This document shows, in pieces, positions 1 to 12,200 of a DNA stretch of 64,000 bases. Positions within the stretch are counted from its first letter, which is position 1. Each line of letters starts with the position of its first letter. This DNA is from Takakia lepidozioides (taxonomy: Eukaryota > Plantae > Bryophyta), in contig CM060732.1 in NCBI GenBank assembly GCA_030704615.1, forward strand, positions 66,588,001 to 66,652,000, given 5' to 3'. A model generated the notes under the pieces. It searched no databases, was not told the origin of the DNA, and saw only the letters and a program-made list of their open reading frames with translations. Made by a program: the position numbers and the translations under genes.

Positions 1-860
1 GGTTGAAGATTGTTGCGCTTCTTTTACGTTTCTAGGGGTCACTTGCATTCATGTCGACATGTGTGTGTATGTTCAGCTTAGTCGTGATCGAGTTCAGGAG
101 AGCTTTGTAGAGGGCGCCATGGTAATGGCGTCTGAGCTAAATTCAATGGCATGATGTCGGAGATTCTGGGGGAAGCTATGGACATGAGGGGTCTGGGATT
201 TGGTGGTTGTGTTTGCAAGGTTGATGAGGTTTCGTACAATTGAGTTACAGTATCTTTGTTTTGATCAAAGTGCATGATTAAGTCATTGTGAGCTTGGTAG
301 AATTGGCGGCTGGCTCCCGTTTGTTGTTCTGGAGTTCTATGGTGTTGTGGTGTTTCGACGCTGGTTTGCACTGAGAGGTGATGGTGTTTGCGGCAACTTT
401 GTCGATTTGTTTGGGTTGCAATTCCACAATTTCCTTGATGCGTTCAAGATTTTGAAGTACGAGCTTTAGGCGAGCCGGGAATTCTTTAGTTGGAGTTTTA
501 TAGGTTCTGATGTGCATTTTCTTGCGTGGTGATGGCTACGTTCACAGATCGAACGCTTGATACGAGGAGGATTGTCTGGTGAGGCTTGGGGTTCTTGCTG
601 AGCATGTGAAGAATTATCGTGCGGGAGGTTTAGGGTTTTAGGTGAGTATGAAGAACGATGACTGCTATTGTTGTTTGTTTGTTTTGTCTTCCTAAGATTG
701 TTTGCTGAGATCTCGTTGGTATCAATTAGAGCAGCTCGTCTGATTAACCAGCATTGTCTCACATGTAAGAAAGCTTGTGCACTTTCAGTTGCGAGAATTC
801 TGACATTCTGATGGCATGCATGTAGCTGAATCGAGGAGTTTCTGCTGTTGAGCGGGCATA

Positions 861-3800
861 ATGGCTACAACCAGGAAGAACACGCAAACAGGGGATGGCA
901 ACAACCGGGGATCTCTGGCACAGGCTCTCAGTGATGCGCAGGACAGGAAAGCGAGAGGCAACTCTTTGTTTAGAGAGGGCAAGCACAAGAGACCCGCTGA
1001 AGAATATGTTAACGCACTCAGAGTAGTTAGTTCCTTTGTCAGTAGCCCGAATCCTGACATCACATCACTTGTGGTGGCACTAAGATCAAATTTGGCTGCC
1101 TGCTATCTCGAGATGGAGCAGTACGAGCAAGCTGTGGAGGCGGCGAAGGCAACTGTGGCCATAGACCCTTTACACCTCAAGGCCTACAGCAGGCTGTGCA
1201 AGGCGCAGCACTCATTGATGTTGCTTCCTGAAGCTGCTGAGACCATGACAGTGGTGGTGGCACTCACACTCCCTCGGCGGTTGGATGAAGCCATGGTACC
1301 CATCTTCAACGAGCTTGTGGGGTTCCTTATGTTGCCACCGGAGATTACTGACTTCGCGTGTGTCGCGTCCGACCGTGAGCTGCAACGGGCTCTCTCGGCG
1401 AAGAAGCCGTTTGTTGTTCTCAAGCCAGGGAGCTACAGCGGGGGCCTGGGATCTCTGCAATTGGACTCTTCCTTGATGTTAATAGGATTAGGAAAGGTGG
1501 ATATCATGTGTGGTGCATCAGGACACTCATTGCACCTCATCTGCGGCCAGATGCAGGCACGCCGACTGAATCTTGTAGGGGAAATGAGAAGCGCAGTTTG
1601 CGTTGGCAGTGAACATGCGGAGCTGAGTCTGGTTGACTGTACGGTTGAAGATCATAAGGGACAGGGAGTGGTGGTCATAGGAGGCCATGCTCTCCTTTAT
1701 AATTGCACATTTCGGAATCTTGGGAAGCAGGCTGTGGATGTTCGTGGAGGATCAGCGAAACTCCTTGAATGCCACATCAGTAAGTGTCGTCAAGGGGTCA
1801 CTGTTTCTGGTGGATTGAAACTGCTAGAGATCAATGAATGTAAGATTGAGGATATCGCCCGAGAGGGCGTGTTGATTAGCGGCAAGAATAGGAGTGAAGC
1901 AGCTAATGTGGAGTTCGGTTTAGAAGAGCTGCGTGCAAACCTGCCAGGTGAATGTGCTGCAAGAAGAGGAGTGGAAACGAGCGTGCACAAGACCCTTTTG
2001 TAACTGGAATCACTCTTCAAGTCATTGTTGGAAGTCAAAATTGCCCATAGTGTCATGAAGGGCTGCCGATCCCATGGTTTGTTGCTTGATGACATAGATG
2101 CCAATGTATCCATCTTGAATACCGAGTTGGTGGACAATGCGCCAGCTGCTTGCTACGTGAAGGTACATTTCCTTCTCATTGTCTATCTCTGCTTGCTAGT
2201 ATGATTTCTTTAGTATGGTACAAGAAATCGCACGACATTATTGAGTGATTTCTTGCCTGTATGAATGCAGGGAGGCACCACTGTCGTCTTGGATCGCTGT
2301 CAGATTGAGGTCGACAGAAATAAGAGTGGGCTTATTGTCGGCATCAACTATGATGCCATGGTCACTGCTAGTGGCAATGTGTTTGTAGTTGTGGATCGCG
2401 AAAGTGCAATGGTTGAGGAGGTGTCAGTCGGAGGGGGGTCTGGGATGTGTAAACTTGTTGTTGATCGAAACAATAAAATTATTGTTCGACTGGCAGGTTT
2501 TACATCCAAGAGCAGGCTGCCAAGAGCCACCGAGGATTTGAATGCCCAAGAAAAGGGGCAAACTAGCGGATTAGCACTAACCCACTCCCAGCAGGTATTT
2601 GCTCAAACAAGCAGGCTCGTATTCCATAACATGAGAAATCTTCCAGATTTCTATGGGGTGGGAGATACTTTTGGCCATGACTTGTCAATGGGACAGAAGT
2701 TGAGTGCAAGAAAAGAGGACAATGAGGTGAAAGACTCTCCAAGGATCGTAAGGATATTACTGGGCGCATGCGGTGATATACGGAATATTCTGAAGACAGT
2801 TTTTTCTCTCCAAGAAAATTCCCAAGCGCTGGTACAAGTCGTGTTAAACGACTGGAAGTTGGCCATCCTAGCTCGTAATATAGTTTTATTGTCGCTCATT
2901 GCACAACGTACTTCTACTGCTGATGTGCTCGCCATATGGGCAAACCATGCCCTGACTCCAATGCAGCGTGAGATTTTAAACAATGTTTTGGTGAAATTAG
3001 CATCTTCGTTGCCAGACTGGTTGGTTTGTTCAGGAGAGTCAGGCAACAACTTGGGTGCTGAGCTGTTGCAAGCGTTTTCTGGATGGAGGGATTGTACCAT
3101 GACCCTCCAAGAGCTTGATAGCTTACATGCACAGAGCATTACAGTAGACCGTAAAGAGATTGGGGTTGACTACGTGAGAGGCGCAGTTGGACACGTCCAT
3201 GCTGACAAAGAAATCAAACAACATATTTCTACTGGCAACATCAAAAGGACAAAGGCAATGAAGAGTGCCAATATCTTGCTTCTTGAGGCACCCAGTTTGA
3301 AATACACTCTTCACTGGGCTTCTTCCATCTATCGTGCCATCAAGCTCGAGGAAAGTGACTCCACCGGTTCAGAGGAACTTTATGAGCGCCTACTACGAAC
3401 AATCAGTCCACAGATCAATGCTGTTACTGATTTGTTGGAACATGGGGCACTCCGCGTAGGAGTTATTGATGGCAACATCTTAGATGTTATGCTATATGGA
3501 GGTTGTCTCCGACTACTACATCAGCTCGATGGACAGTCCCAACATCCATCAAATGATTCACCTTTGTTTGATTTCATTGATTTGAGTAATACTGTTCTCC
3601 ATGCCAGCGGTGGTGCAAGCAGGTTTACCGTTGCTGAAGATTGAGAAGCATGCGGTTCTTCACGTCGAGAGCTGTACTTGGTGGATGAAATATGATATGA
3701 AGGAGCCTCGGGAGTTCCTGAAATGTGCCATCGGGATGCACCTCGACAGCTACAAGGAGCTCTTTGGGGTCTCGGTGCAAGCCCAGGTGGTGGGGTCATC

Positions 3801-4926
3801 CAGATTACCCCTACTTCGAACCCAGTGGACATGGGACCTCCATGCAAACCAAGAGGCGAGCGTCACTGGAGCCATGGTGCTGTTGGAGATGATGACGGCA
3901 GCCAAGCTGTATTGTACAATTGACCGGGCCGCGTATATTGCAAATGATGGAATCAAATTGAACAGTAATAAAATGATTGCGGGTTTTCTTGCGGGCATTG
4001 AAAACTCGTCACCGCTCACAATGCTTCACCTTTTGCATCTTCGCTGCCCGGACATTGCCATACGAATTGTCATTGTTCTTCTGGCTGCAAATGACGATTG
4101 CAACCCTCGCAGGTGGGAGCTCATGAGCCACGCTATTTCCCAATAGAACCCACAAACATTTGTCACGGTATTCTTTCAAGCAAACGTTCAATACACCACC
4201 TTATTGGCTTGCCCAGAGTCACCCTTGTGCTTAATGGTTTCAGATGCACTAGTGAGGGTAGGTCGGGCGCCAAACGACGTGAATAGCACAACTGTGGTGG
4301 AGTTGTTGGAGGCCTTCTCCTACTCCTTTGAGAATGATCAAGTGGAGGTCATGTTACCACTGGAACTACTAGATGATCCAATGTGCAAAAATTATTATAT
4401 GACGTTGTGTGCTGTGACCAATGGCACTAAGTTGCAAGCGTTAGGCTCCAGTACTCCTTGGTCTAAGCTTGCTGCTAAACCACTCCCAGTACCATGTCCA
4501 AGATGGACACCTTGCAAGGGCATGGCTGAGCAGGCTCTGTTGTCTGGCGACATTGAGCGCCTGGAGTTGGTGACCACAATGCTGACCAGTGGCAACGATG
4601 ATATACCAGCGCAGGCTTGGAAGACCCATGCAGTACTAGAGACCAACAGATTTGTGATAGTGGAGCTCCTCTTGCCAAGGCCATTGCCGGGGCCGGATAA
4701 AGTGGCGATATCAGTTACAAGCTCTGGATCATCACTGAAAGTTGCTGCAAAGGCCGTGACCAGGACTCGGCAAAGGGGTTTTACGTTTCCAGATCAGGAG
4801 CATACCATTGAACTTCCTGCTGCTGTTTCTTTTGGAGGCCAGAAAACCAAGCTAAGTCGGAAATTTGGCATCATGATCATGCACTTGCCTAAGGTGGTGA
4901 AGGTTTCAATCAGCCAGGCGAGCTGA
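861..4926 (+). pseudogene. TPR + right-handed beta-helix + DUF4470-like + C-terminal CS/PIH1-like multidomain gene, disrupted
   Basis: N-terminal TPR motifs (KARGNSLFREG, LRSNLAACYLEM, KAYSRLCKA), beta-helix repeats (LVDCTVED, LYNCTFRN, INECKIED) and DUF4470-like ILLGACGDIRNILKT...ILARNIVLL. One GT-AG intron at ~2163-2270. The frame continues past in-frame stops at 2001-2003 (TAA) and 4144-4146 (TAG); a frameshift lies near 3595. Confidence 0.7.
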
Positions 4927-5613
4927 CACCATGAGAAACAAGAGCAACTTTCAGGTTTGCTTGTCCTTACTTTTGTTTTTGTTTCTTGTATTGATCAGAC
5001 TTAGAGAAGATATGTAGATATGTTGAATATTAGCTGAAGTCACTTCTTCATGTGACAGAGCACATCCTTTGCATAACTTCAAACATTTTGAACACTTAAG
5101 CTGATCAACCGCACAAGTCTATCACTGCTCTGGATACCCTTCCTTACTGTGTTCGGGGTCGACGGAGCTTCCTCATCAAAATTCCTCCTTTGTTCACCTG
5201 TGCCAGGGCTATGTGAGTGAGTGATCCCAACTGAAATGTTACCGAATCAACAACTTTTTGCAATAAAAATCGGATATGTTTGCTGATGGCCTGGGAATTC
5301 CATGGGGGAAGTTTTGAGAAGATACAAAGGAAGAAAACTTGGTTGGGAGTATGCTTTCCTGCCAATTCATGGGCCATATTGTGTTTGAATGTTTGAATGT
5401 TTGACCTCCAGGCTTCAATGAACAAAGGGAGACCACAGATAAATACTTGAATGTCTGCCTGAACTCACTCCTGGAGACATCCACATCCAACAACATATGA
5501 TGCACTGAACAAATATTTTGGCGTGCAAGTTTTTAGAGCATGCACTGACCTTCCACTTTACCAGCATAGCTTTGGATGACCACAACACTTGAGAAGTCTA
5601 TTGCACAAGACCA

Positions 5614-6047
5614 AAATTGTAATGAATCAGGTGACAATACATGAATCTACATCTCAGCCCTACCGCTGGATGTGAAAGAAGATGAGCTCCGGGAGCTCTT
5701 TGGGGGTATCGGTCAGGTGGCACGGCTGAAGCAGAAGCGGGGTTACAAGGATCAATGGCATTGGAATATCAAGATTTACACGGACGAAGCAGGGAAAAAC
5801 AAGGGGGATGTTGTGTTGAGCTACGAAGATCCTTCAGCAGCACACTCTGCAGGCGGGTTCTTTAACAACTATGAACTGAGGCCACAAGATAAAGGTTACG
5901 ATAGCTGCAAAATCTGCACCCCGACCTCCAGCGCCTGTTGGTGGAGGAGGTGGGGGAGGGTTTCGTGGGGATCAACGGGGGGGAGGTGGTGGTGGTCCGG
6001 ACAGAAGGGAGGGTGGGGGTTACAACCGTTCTCGCCCTTATTGATTT
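5614..6047 (+). pseudogene. 5'-truncated, frameshifted copy of the TAF15b-like gene (RRM + RGG tail)
   Basis: Near-identical to the reverse complement of 42564-43003 (KEDELRELFGGIGQVARLKQKRGYKDQW...). A 2-bp deletion near 5880 (GAACTGAGGCCAC vs GAACTGAGAGGCCAC) shifts the frame; no N-terminus or zinc finger. Confidence 0.9.
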
Positions 6048-7447
6048 AATGTCAAAGCAAATTTTGGGATTGTGCCGTAGGCAAGGGTGATGATGGGGGT
6101 GCAAGCCATGATTAATAGGTTTTCCTCATTCTCTCAGTTCTTACTTAGTGCAGCATCAGTTACATCTTGCACAGTGGAGAGAATGCTTTGGGACATGGTA
6201 CTGATAGAATGATTGTTGGGCTTCTGAGCATGGGTTGTAAGTGAGAGATATCAGGGGAGGAGGATTGTCCGCAGCAGGTGGAGTTCACTTGCATAGTGGA
6301 TATGGCCTCCCGTATCTACCAGCCTTTTTGGGCTGCACTTACCGTTTTCACCCTCAAGAAAGTTGTGATGATTTATCTAGTTCTTTGAACTTTGTTGCTG
6401 CTTGTGGGACCCTATGAGCCGCACTTTGGGGCTGTTGTTTCAATTATGGCCTTTGTAAGCTACTAGACATATGGTATGGCTGAAGGTAGGAGTGTAGGTG
6501 TGGTGGTCTGGTCTTTCTTGGTCTCTGTTGCGTCCACTTGTCAGAGGCACGGGAATGGCTGCTGTCTTGCTGGGAGATACCATACTCAAGGCCCTCCATT
6601 CTCCCTACTGGGACTCACATCATGCAGAAGAGTTATTGGACCTGGCTATGGAGCTGAAAATGAGTGTCCAGGTTGGCAATGTCATGCCTCAGATCCTTCC
6701 AAGTGATGTCTATGACGCCTCCCCAGTCTCAAGGGATACAAAGGTAGGCATAGACCTTCAAAATTGTGTGTGCTTCCCTGACTATCCGAGTGGATTCTAG
6801 ACAAATCTTGATCAAAGAGGTTTGTTTGATGGTCATACAGTATCGTAATCTACATCCTTCTCCTTCAATGAGCTCCTTTTGAATCTGCTGAAATGTTAAA
6901 GCACTCTTCCTGTTTGCATTCACCGCATGATAGAAAGATAGGTTCCATTGCAGTTGTAAATCCTGTGGAATATCCTTTTTCCGTGAAATGTCGGCCAGGT
7001 TTAATCTGCATGATGGGTTATATCATGGTAAGTCGGCTGGAAGTTCAAACGCTCCAAGGATTTTGAGCCAATCCTTTATGGAGATGATGGTTACCAAAGA
7101 TGCAGTAGCCATAGCTTAGTCCTTCCGGAGGAGTGCAGAGAAACACTTTTCAGCCACACAAAGGGGTGGATAAGGGCACAGCTAGGTTAATTCATGCATA
7201 TGTTGGCTATGACCTATATCTGTCTATCTCCTTCAGTCAGTTGTGGAGTTTCCTTGTTCCCAGAGGAAATTCAGTTGCCTACAAGTGTTTCCCAGACGAA
7301 AATCGTAGGAGACCATGCTTTAGACTTGAGTGAATAGAGGAGGTCCTTGGGATTGAGGGTTGCAAAACTGCCATGCTTCATTCAAGATCAATAATACAAT
7401 AATTCAATGCGTATCAAAGGGGCTCCAACTCAAATATAGACAGTTTA
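5614..7447. repeat. ~1.8-kb diverged inverted duplication of 41188-43003
   Basis: Collinear reverse-complement similarity from the RRM through ...CTCAAATATAGACAGTTTA (7429-7447) vs TAAACTGTCTCTATATTTGAG (41188-41208). ORFs 6498-6800(+) and 41865-42143(-) are homologous. Confidence 0.85.
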
Positions 7448-9245
7448 GTATGCTACACAAAATCTGGCAATCATTTTGTCAGCTTACTCCCAGAGAGATT
7501 TGGTTCCACCACTGCTTACCTTACGTGGTTATCTGGTAATTATTTGGTCAGCTTACTCCCCAAGAGCCCCTTGGTCCAGCCACTGCTTACCTTAGGTGGT
7601 TAGCCAACACTAAAGGGGTTTGGAGGATTCCTGTACAGAATGCCAAAACACAATGATGGCTGTGTTCCAGCTTTTGAACTACATGGGCAGGCCAAACGAT
7701 GCCTCCCAGTCAATCACAATTTCCAACTTGAAGCGAATAGCCTGAACAGGAATTAGACATTGCCCAAACCTACAAAGTTGCTGTAGCTGACAAATCTGGC
7801 AAGTAGGTTCCTTGAGTAGGGAATCTAATTGTGGTGGTCACCAGAAACCACCACCAAACACAATGGACACCTCCAGCTCCTCCTTGAAAAGTTTTTCATA
7901 TAAACTATGGTCTGCTCCAATGATCCCAAATCCACACAATGCAGTACAAACATCTGAGCTACTCCAACAGAAAGATACTCTGACTCTGAAGGGGTTATTA
8001 CAACATAAGTTTGTGGGAGGGAAGTGGGATAGAGAAAGTTGGTGGGAAGACATAAGACATACCCCTCAAACATTCTGGATGTTGGGATAAGTTGGTGAAA
8101 AGAAAGAGAGAGCGAGAAAGGCCAACCAAATTTGTTGCCTCTGTGGAAGGCCCAGAGGGAGAACGAAAAAAACTACGAAACATTCACAGGACCGCAGAGT
8201 GTCCTAGAATCAAAAGACACCAAATTTTGCCTGAATATGACATGCCCCCTGCAGATAAGCTGACAACACTTTTGATCCTCAACACTGAAGACGTTTTCAC
8301 CAGAGATGGGGAGACAGTAGTATCCGTCTTGGATCCGAGTCTGGATTTCTTTAATATAGGACCTTGAACCAGACAAAATTGTGAATTGATCTATAACACT
8401 GGGAGCGGCACACTCAACTGAAAGTAGATTCCCTACTCCCAGACCATTGCCCACCTTCACATTCGAATAGGCTGTCATACATGCAGTAAAAAGATGAGAG
8501 GTAATAGGTTATGGCATGACTCTCTTTGACATTATCTGAGACAGACCATATCTTAGTTCAAATACATAGAAACATTAGGTCCACGGAATGGTGGTTAAAT
8601 AACATCTCTAACCATCCCATCCATGTTATCATCTATCAACCTCAATTTACTCATTCCACCAATCAAAATCATAGCATAACAAGGTTACCTCCCTTTTGGT
8701 GAGGTTCAAATAAGAATTTGGCTTGTCACTTGGGACATGTCTTGTTCCTTTTGGTACCAAAATCACATCCCTGCAACCATGCCTGATATGGTCATAACAA
8801 ACTAAACATCATGGGATTAAGTTCTGCAGGGAAACAGCCTCCGCCACATCTGGGCACAATTCAGTTCCAGTCTGAATGCTCAGTAGGGCATGACCTAATC
8901 TGAGTATTAAATCCACCCAAATCCAATATGAACTTTGGTTCATTCTTAAACATCCCCTGGCAAATTATCTCAACTGGACCATATCACTGTAAATACTGTT
9001 GACGCCAGTCTGAAGCTGGAATATGATACAAGGGTGCCTGCCTCCCAAGTTAGGATCTCTTGGAACTCAGAGATCGATAATCAGCTTGTAAACATGATTA
9101 GACTAGCCCATCCTCCCAAAAACACAGAAATGCAATAGCATTTACATTCCAACCTAAAAACCAAATGACTGAGGGAAACACAGAATAATAAGAGTGTCTA
9201 TTTGGAGGCAGGAGGACCCAATAGAGGCTGGTTGAGATCAGAGGG

Positions 9246-12200
9246 TCAAGAATTTTCCGCCTCGCCATCAGCAGGTGGCTTGGCAGGTGAATTGCTGGTA
9301 CGCCTATGAGCTCTGTCGCGTAGAGCTTCAAATGCATTCATACTCTCGGGGTCAAACCCTCCAGCAAACTGCACAGAAAATGACCGCGACAATGCAAGAA
9401 CTGTGAATTACCAAACAAGTGACAGAGCTTATGATATTTGGTGTACCCACTAATATTTCTGCTAACTACGATATGCACTTGAGGATGTAATCCCTGCAGG
9501 ACACCAACCCTTTTCAGATCAGTAGTAAGTTCCAACCCACCAGAATAAAAAATCCGCCAGTTTTCCATCTCTCCAACGCAGCCAATTACGGTCCCTCTCC
9601 AAGGGAGCGAGCATTGGTTAAAAGGCAGGCCAGTATACTTCATTAACCCCAGAAGACAGTAAATGTGGTTGCCTATCTCATACTGTAAGGGCAAAAAGCA
9701 TGTTATCAAGTAAAGAAACAGCAAGGCAAAGAGATGGAAGATTTAGTACCTGATGGACACGGAATGCGAAGCGTACACCTTGCAGCAAGAGAAACTCACA
9801 CAAGGGCTCCTTTTCAGAGCTCGTCCCAAGCTTATCCAACTCTGATGCCACTCTCTTCATGTAAAGCTGTGCTAATCTTACTGAAGCCAGTTTGATCTGC
9901 ACAGTTCCGCATCGAATGTGCACAGCAGCTTAGCTGGACTCCATACTCTCCCTCCTCTATTCCACCCACCCTGCCTCTTTATGGCCAATTATACAGGAAA
10001 GGGGAACTTTGATCTACCTTACAAATTTAAGGTACGAGGTAGGATAAGATTGCATTCCATCTCATTGATTCATTGTCCAGAAGTTGAATGCCCATAAAAA
10101 ACCAGCACAGGACTACAGTATATTCTATAGGTACTCTGGCCCTTATGCCAACCCCCCAGTCTAGTGTTCATTCATACATAGAGACAATCATACTGGAAAC
10201 AAGGCTTAGAACAGGATAAGCTCCACAAGGGGGAAAGATAAAATTGCTACCTTGCCCACCAAACCAGAGTCAAGCATCCACTGAGTGGGAATGCTAAATT
10301 CCTTATAGCGGGCAATTGCCATGTCTCTTGTCCGTAGCAGCGCATACACACTGTGCTCAACTCTGTACCCATCAATGCCAGAGACACTCAGAAGATGAGA
10401 GTTTGCCTGGAATGCCAGACAAGAAAACAATAAATGAGCTAGTAACAGCAGATTTGAGAAAGGTTGTCTGTAACATGGCACTGAGGTCTTAAACCAGAGT
10501 AATGTCCTTTCTGGAATTCCTCTGGAGTGTGACAGGTGGTGAAAAGGAAAAATCCAGTGAATTCCCTGAACAAAACAGCAGAAAGTGCTCACTAGGAGTA
10601 GGGAACAGCATGGTTGGTAGTTCCCGCACTTCTAGTGAAGTAGTTACTTGTGGTCACCCTGATCTGATGAACAGCTAGGAAACTTCTCTTCTACGAGACA
10701 ACATTTCAAACAGACATCTTGCTACTGCTACATACAGCTTCTAGCACTCACATTAACACCAAAATACCTCACAACCAACCATTCATCCAGGACACTTACT
10801 TTTCTAGAGCAGCCAACATCTTCTTGAGAGCTGCTTCACAAGGCTGCTCTGCCTTATCATTGTACAAAGATATTTCCTCCTGTAGCCTCCGCAGGTCTTG
10901 GTATTCAAATGCAGCTTCGCGCAAAGCATCCGCCTTGCCTTCTGGCCAATCGAAGTGCTTCAGAACCGCTCTCTCATCCACCTGACATGAATCCAACCAT
11001 GTGTCTCTTCATTCGTGCCTCCTTCCAATAATGAGAGCAAACATTACCTGACTAAGATTCTCTAAGAAAGGTACAATCCCATCATAATTGAGAATGTGTT
11101 AACTTTGGCACAACTTCAAAGACCAATTGGAAGCACTCACTCCAAGCTACGTGAGCCTACAAAAAATGGGATTGAGAGCCAATACCAGGAAAGAAAGCTC
11201 ATCATCAAGCCAATTGACGAATGCCACCACATCCTCAATGTTGGTATAAATAGCCGCCCGCACTTCAGTAGCCAGCGACTGTACAAACTCTCCTTGTGTC
11301 TCAACATCTGCTTTGATCTACACATCATCAAATACCTTACCCAATAAATTGCCATCACATTTCCAATATTAACATTAAGATGTCAACCTGAGACAACTAG
11401 ATGTCACCATCACACTATTTCAGAATGATGCCAGTACCAAACCTACAGCCACAGGTTTGCAGCCCATTCAGCCCACAAAAGCTTGCACTTGTGATCCAAT
11501 TGGAGATTAACAACAGACAAGAGCAGCTGACTTACAGCCAAGAGATGTGTCGACCGGTTCTCAATTTCACCAATCATGTTGTTGCGGGCATCAGCACTGA
11601 CATTTCCAGCTCCACCTGGCCCACTAGCAGACTCCTTCTTTGCATCACGTTTCATGAGGGACTGATAAAACTCAACCACCTCGGGAGCTCTCTGCATTTG
11701 GTCTTTGTTTTTCCCTTGCAATCTTGAGAGACCCCCGAATGGTGGAGGGGGAGGGGGTGGGGGTGCGCCAGGTGCACCAGGTAGACGTGGAGGAGGTGGT
11801 GGTGGGGGCACACCACCTGGACCCACCCGGCCCTGAGGCCCTGCAGCTGGGGCTGGGCTTGAAGGTCTTGGAGGGGGCTTTGGCGTTCTTAGAGCCCTCT
11901 TCTCTACTTCTGCAGCAGTTAAGGGTTTGGCGGGCTCTACACGTCTGCTGGCAGCTATTTGCTCGGCCTTCTCCTTGTTTGCTTTTTCTCTCTCAACGGC
12001 TGCTCTGTGCCTGTCCTTGAAAGCTGGGTACTTATCTCCATTATCTCCGGCAACTGACTTTGACATAAGCTGGAAGGATGCTGCCACCCCATTCAACATG
12101 TCTTTATCTGGCTTTTTAGTAATGATTCGGGGAATGGGTATTCTGGATCTTGAGGAAGCTGCATCAGATTTGACAGATCCTCCATCAAACGATGAAGAAT

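Noticed and set aside
1-800. Short minus-strand ORFs, possibly a TE remnant
   Set aside because: Low-complexity, no recognisable motif, truncated by the window edge.
2001-2003. Stop codon repaired by U-to-C RNA editing
   Set aside because: Such editing is organellar, and the gene also has a frameshift, so ordinary pseudogenisation is simpler.
7479-8478. ~55-bp imperfect direct repeat and short ORFs downstream of CHUP1
   Set aside because: No recognisable family or structure.
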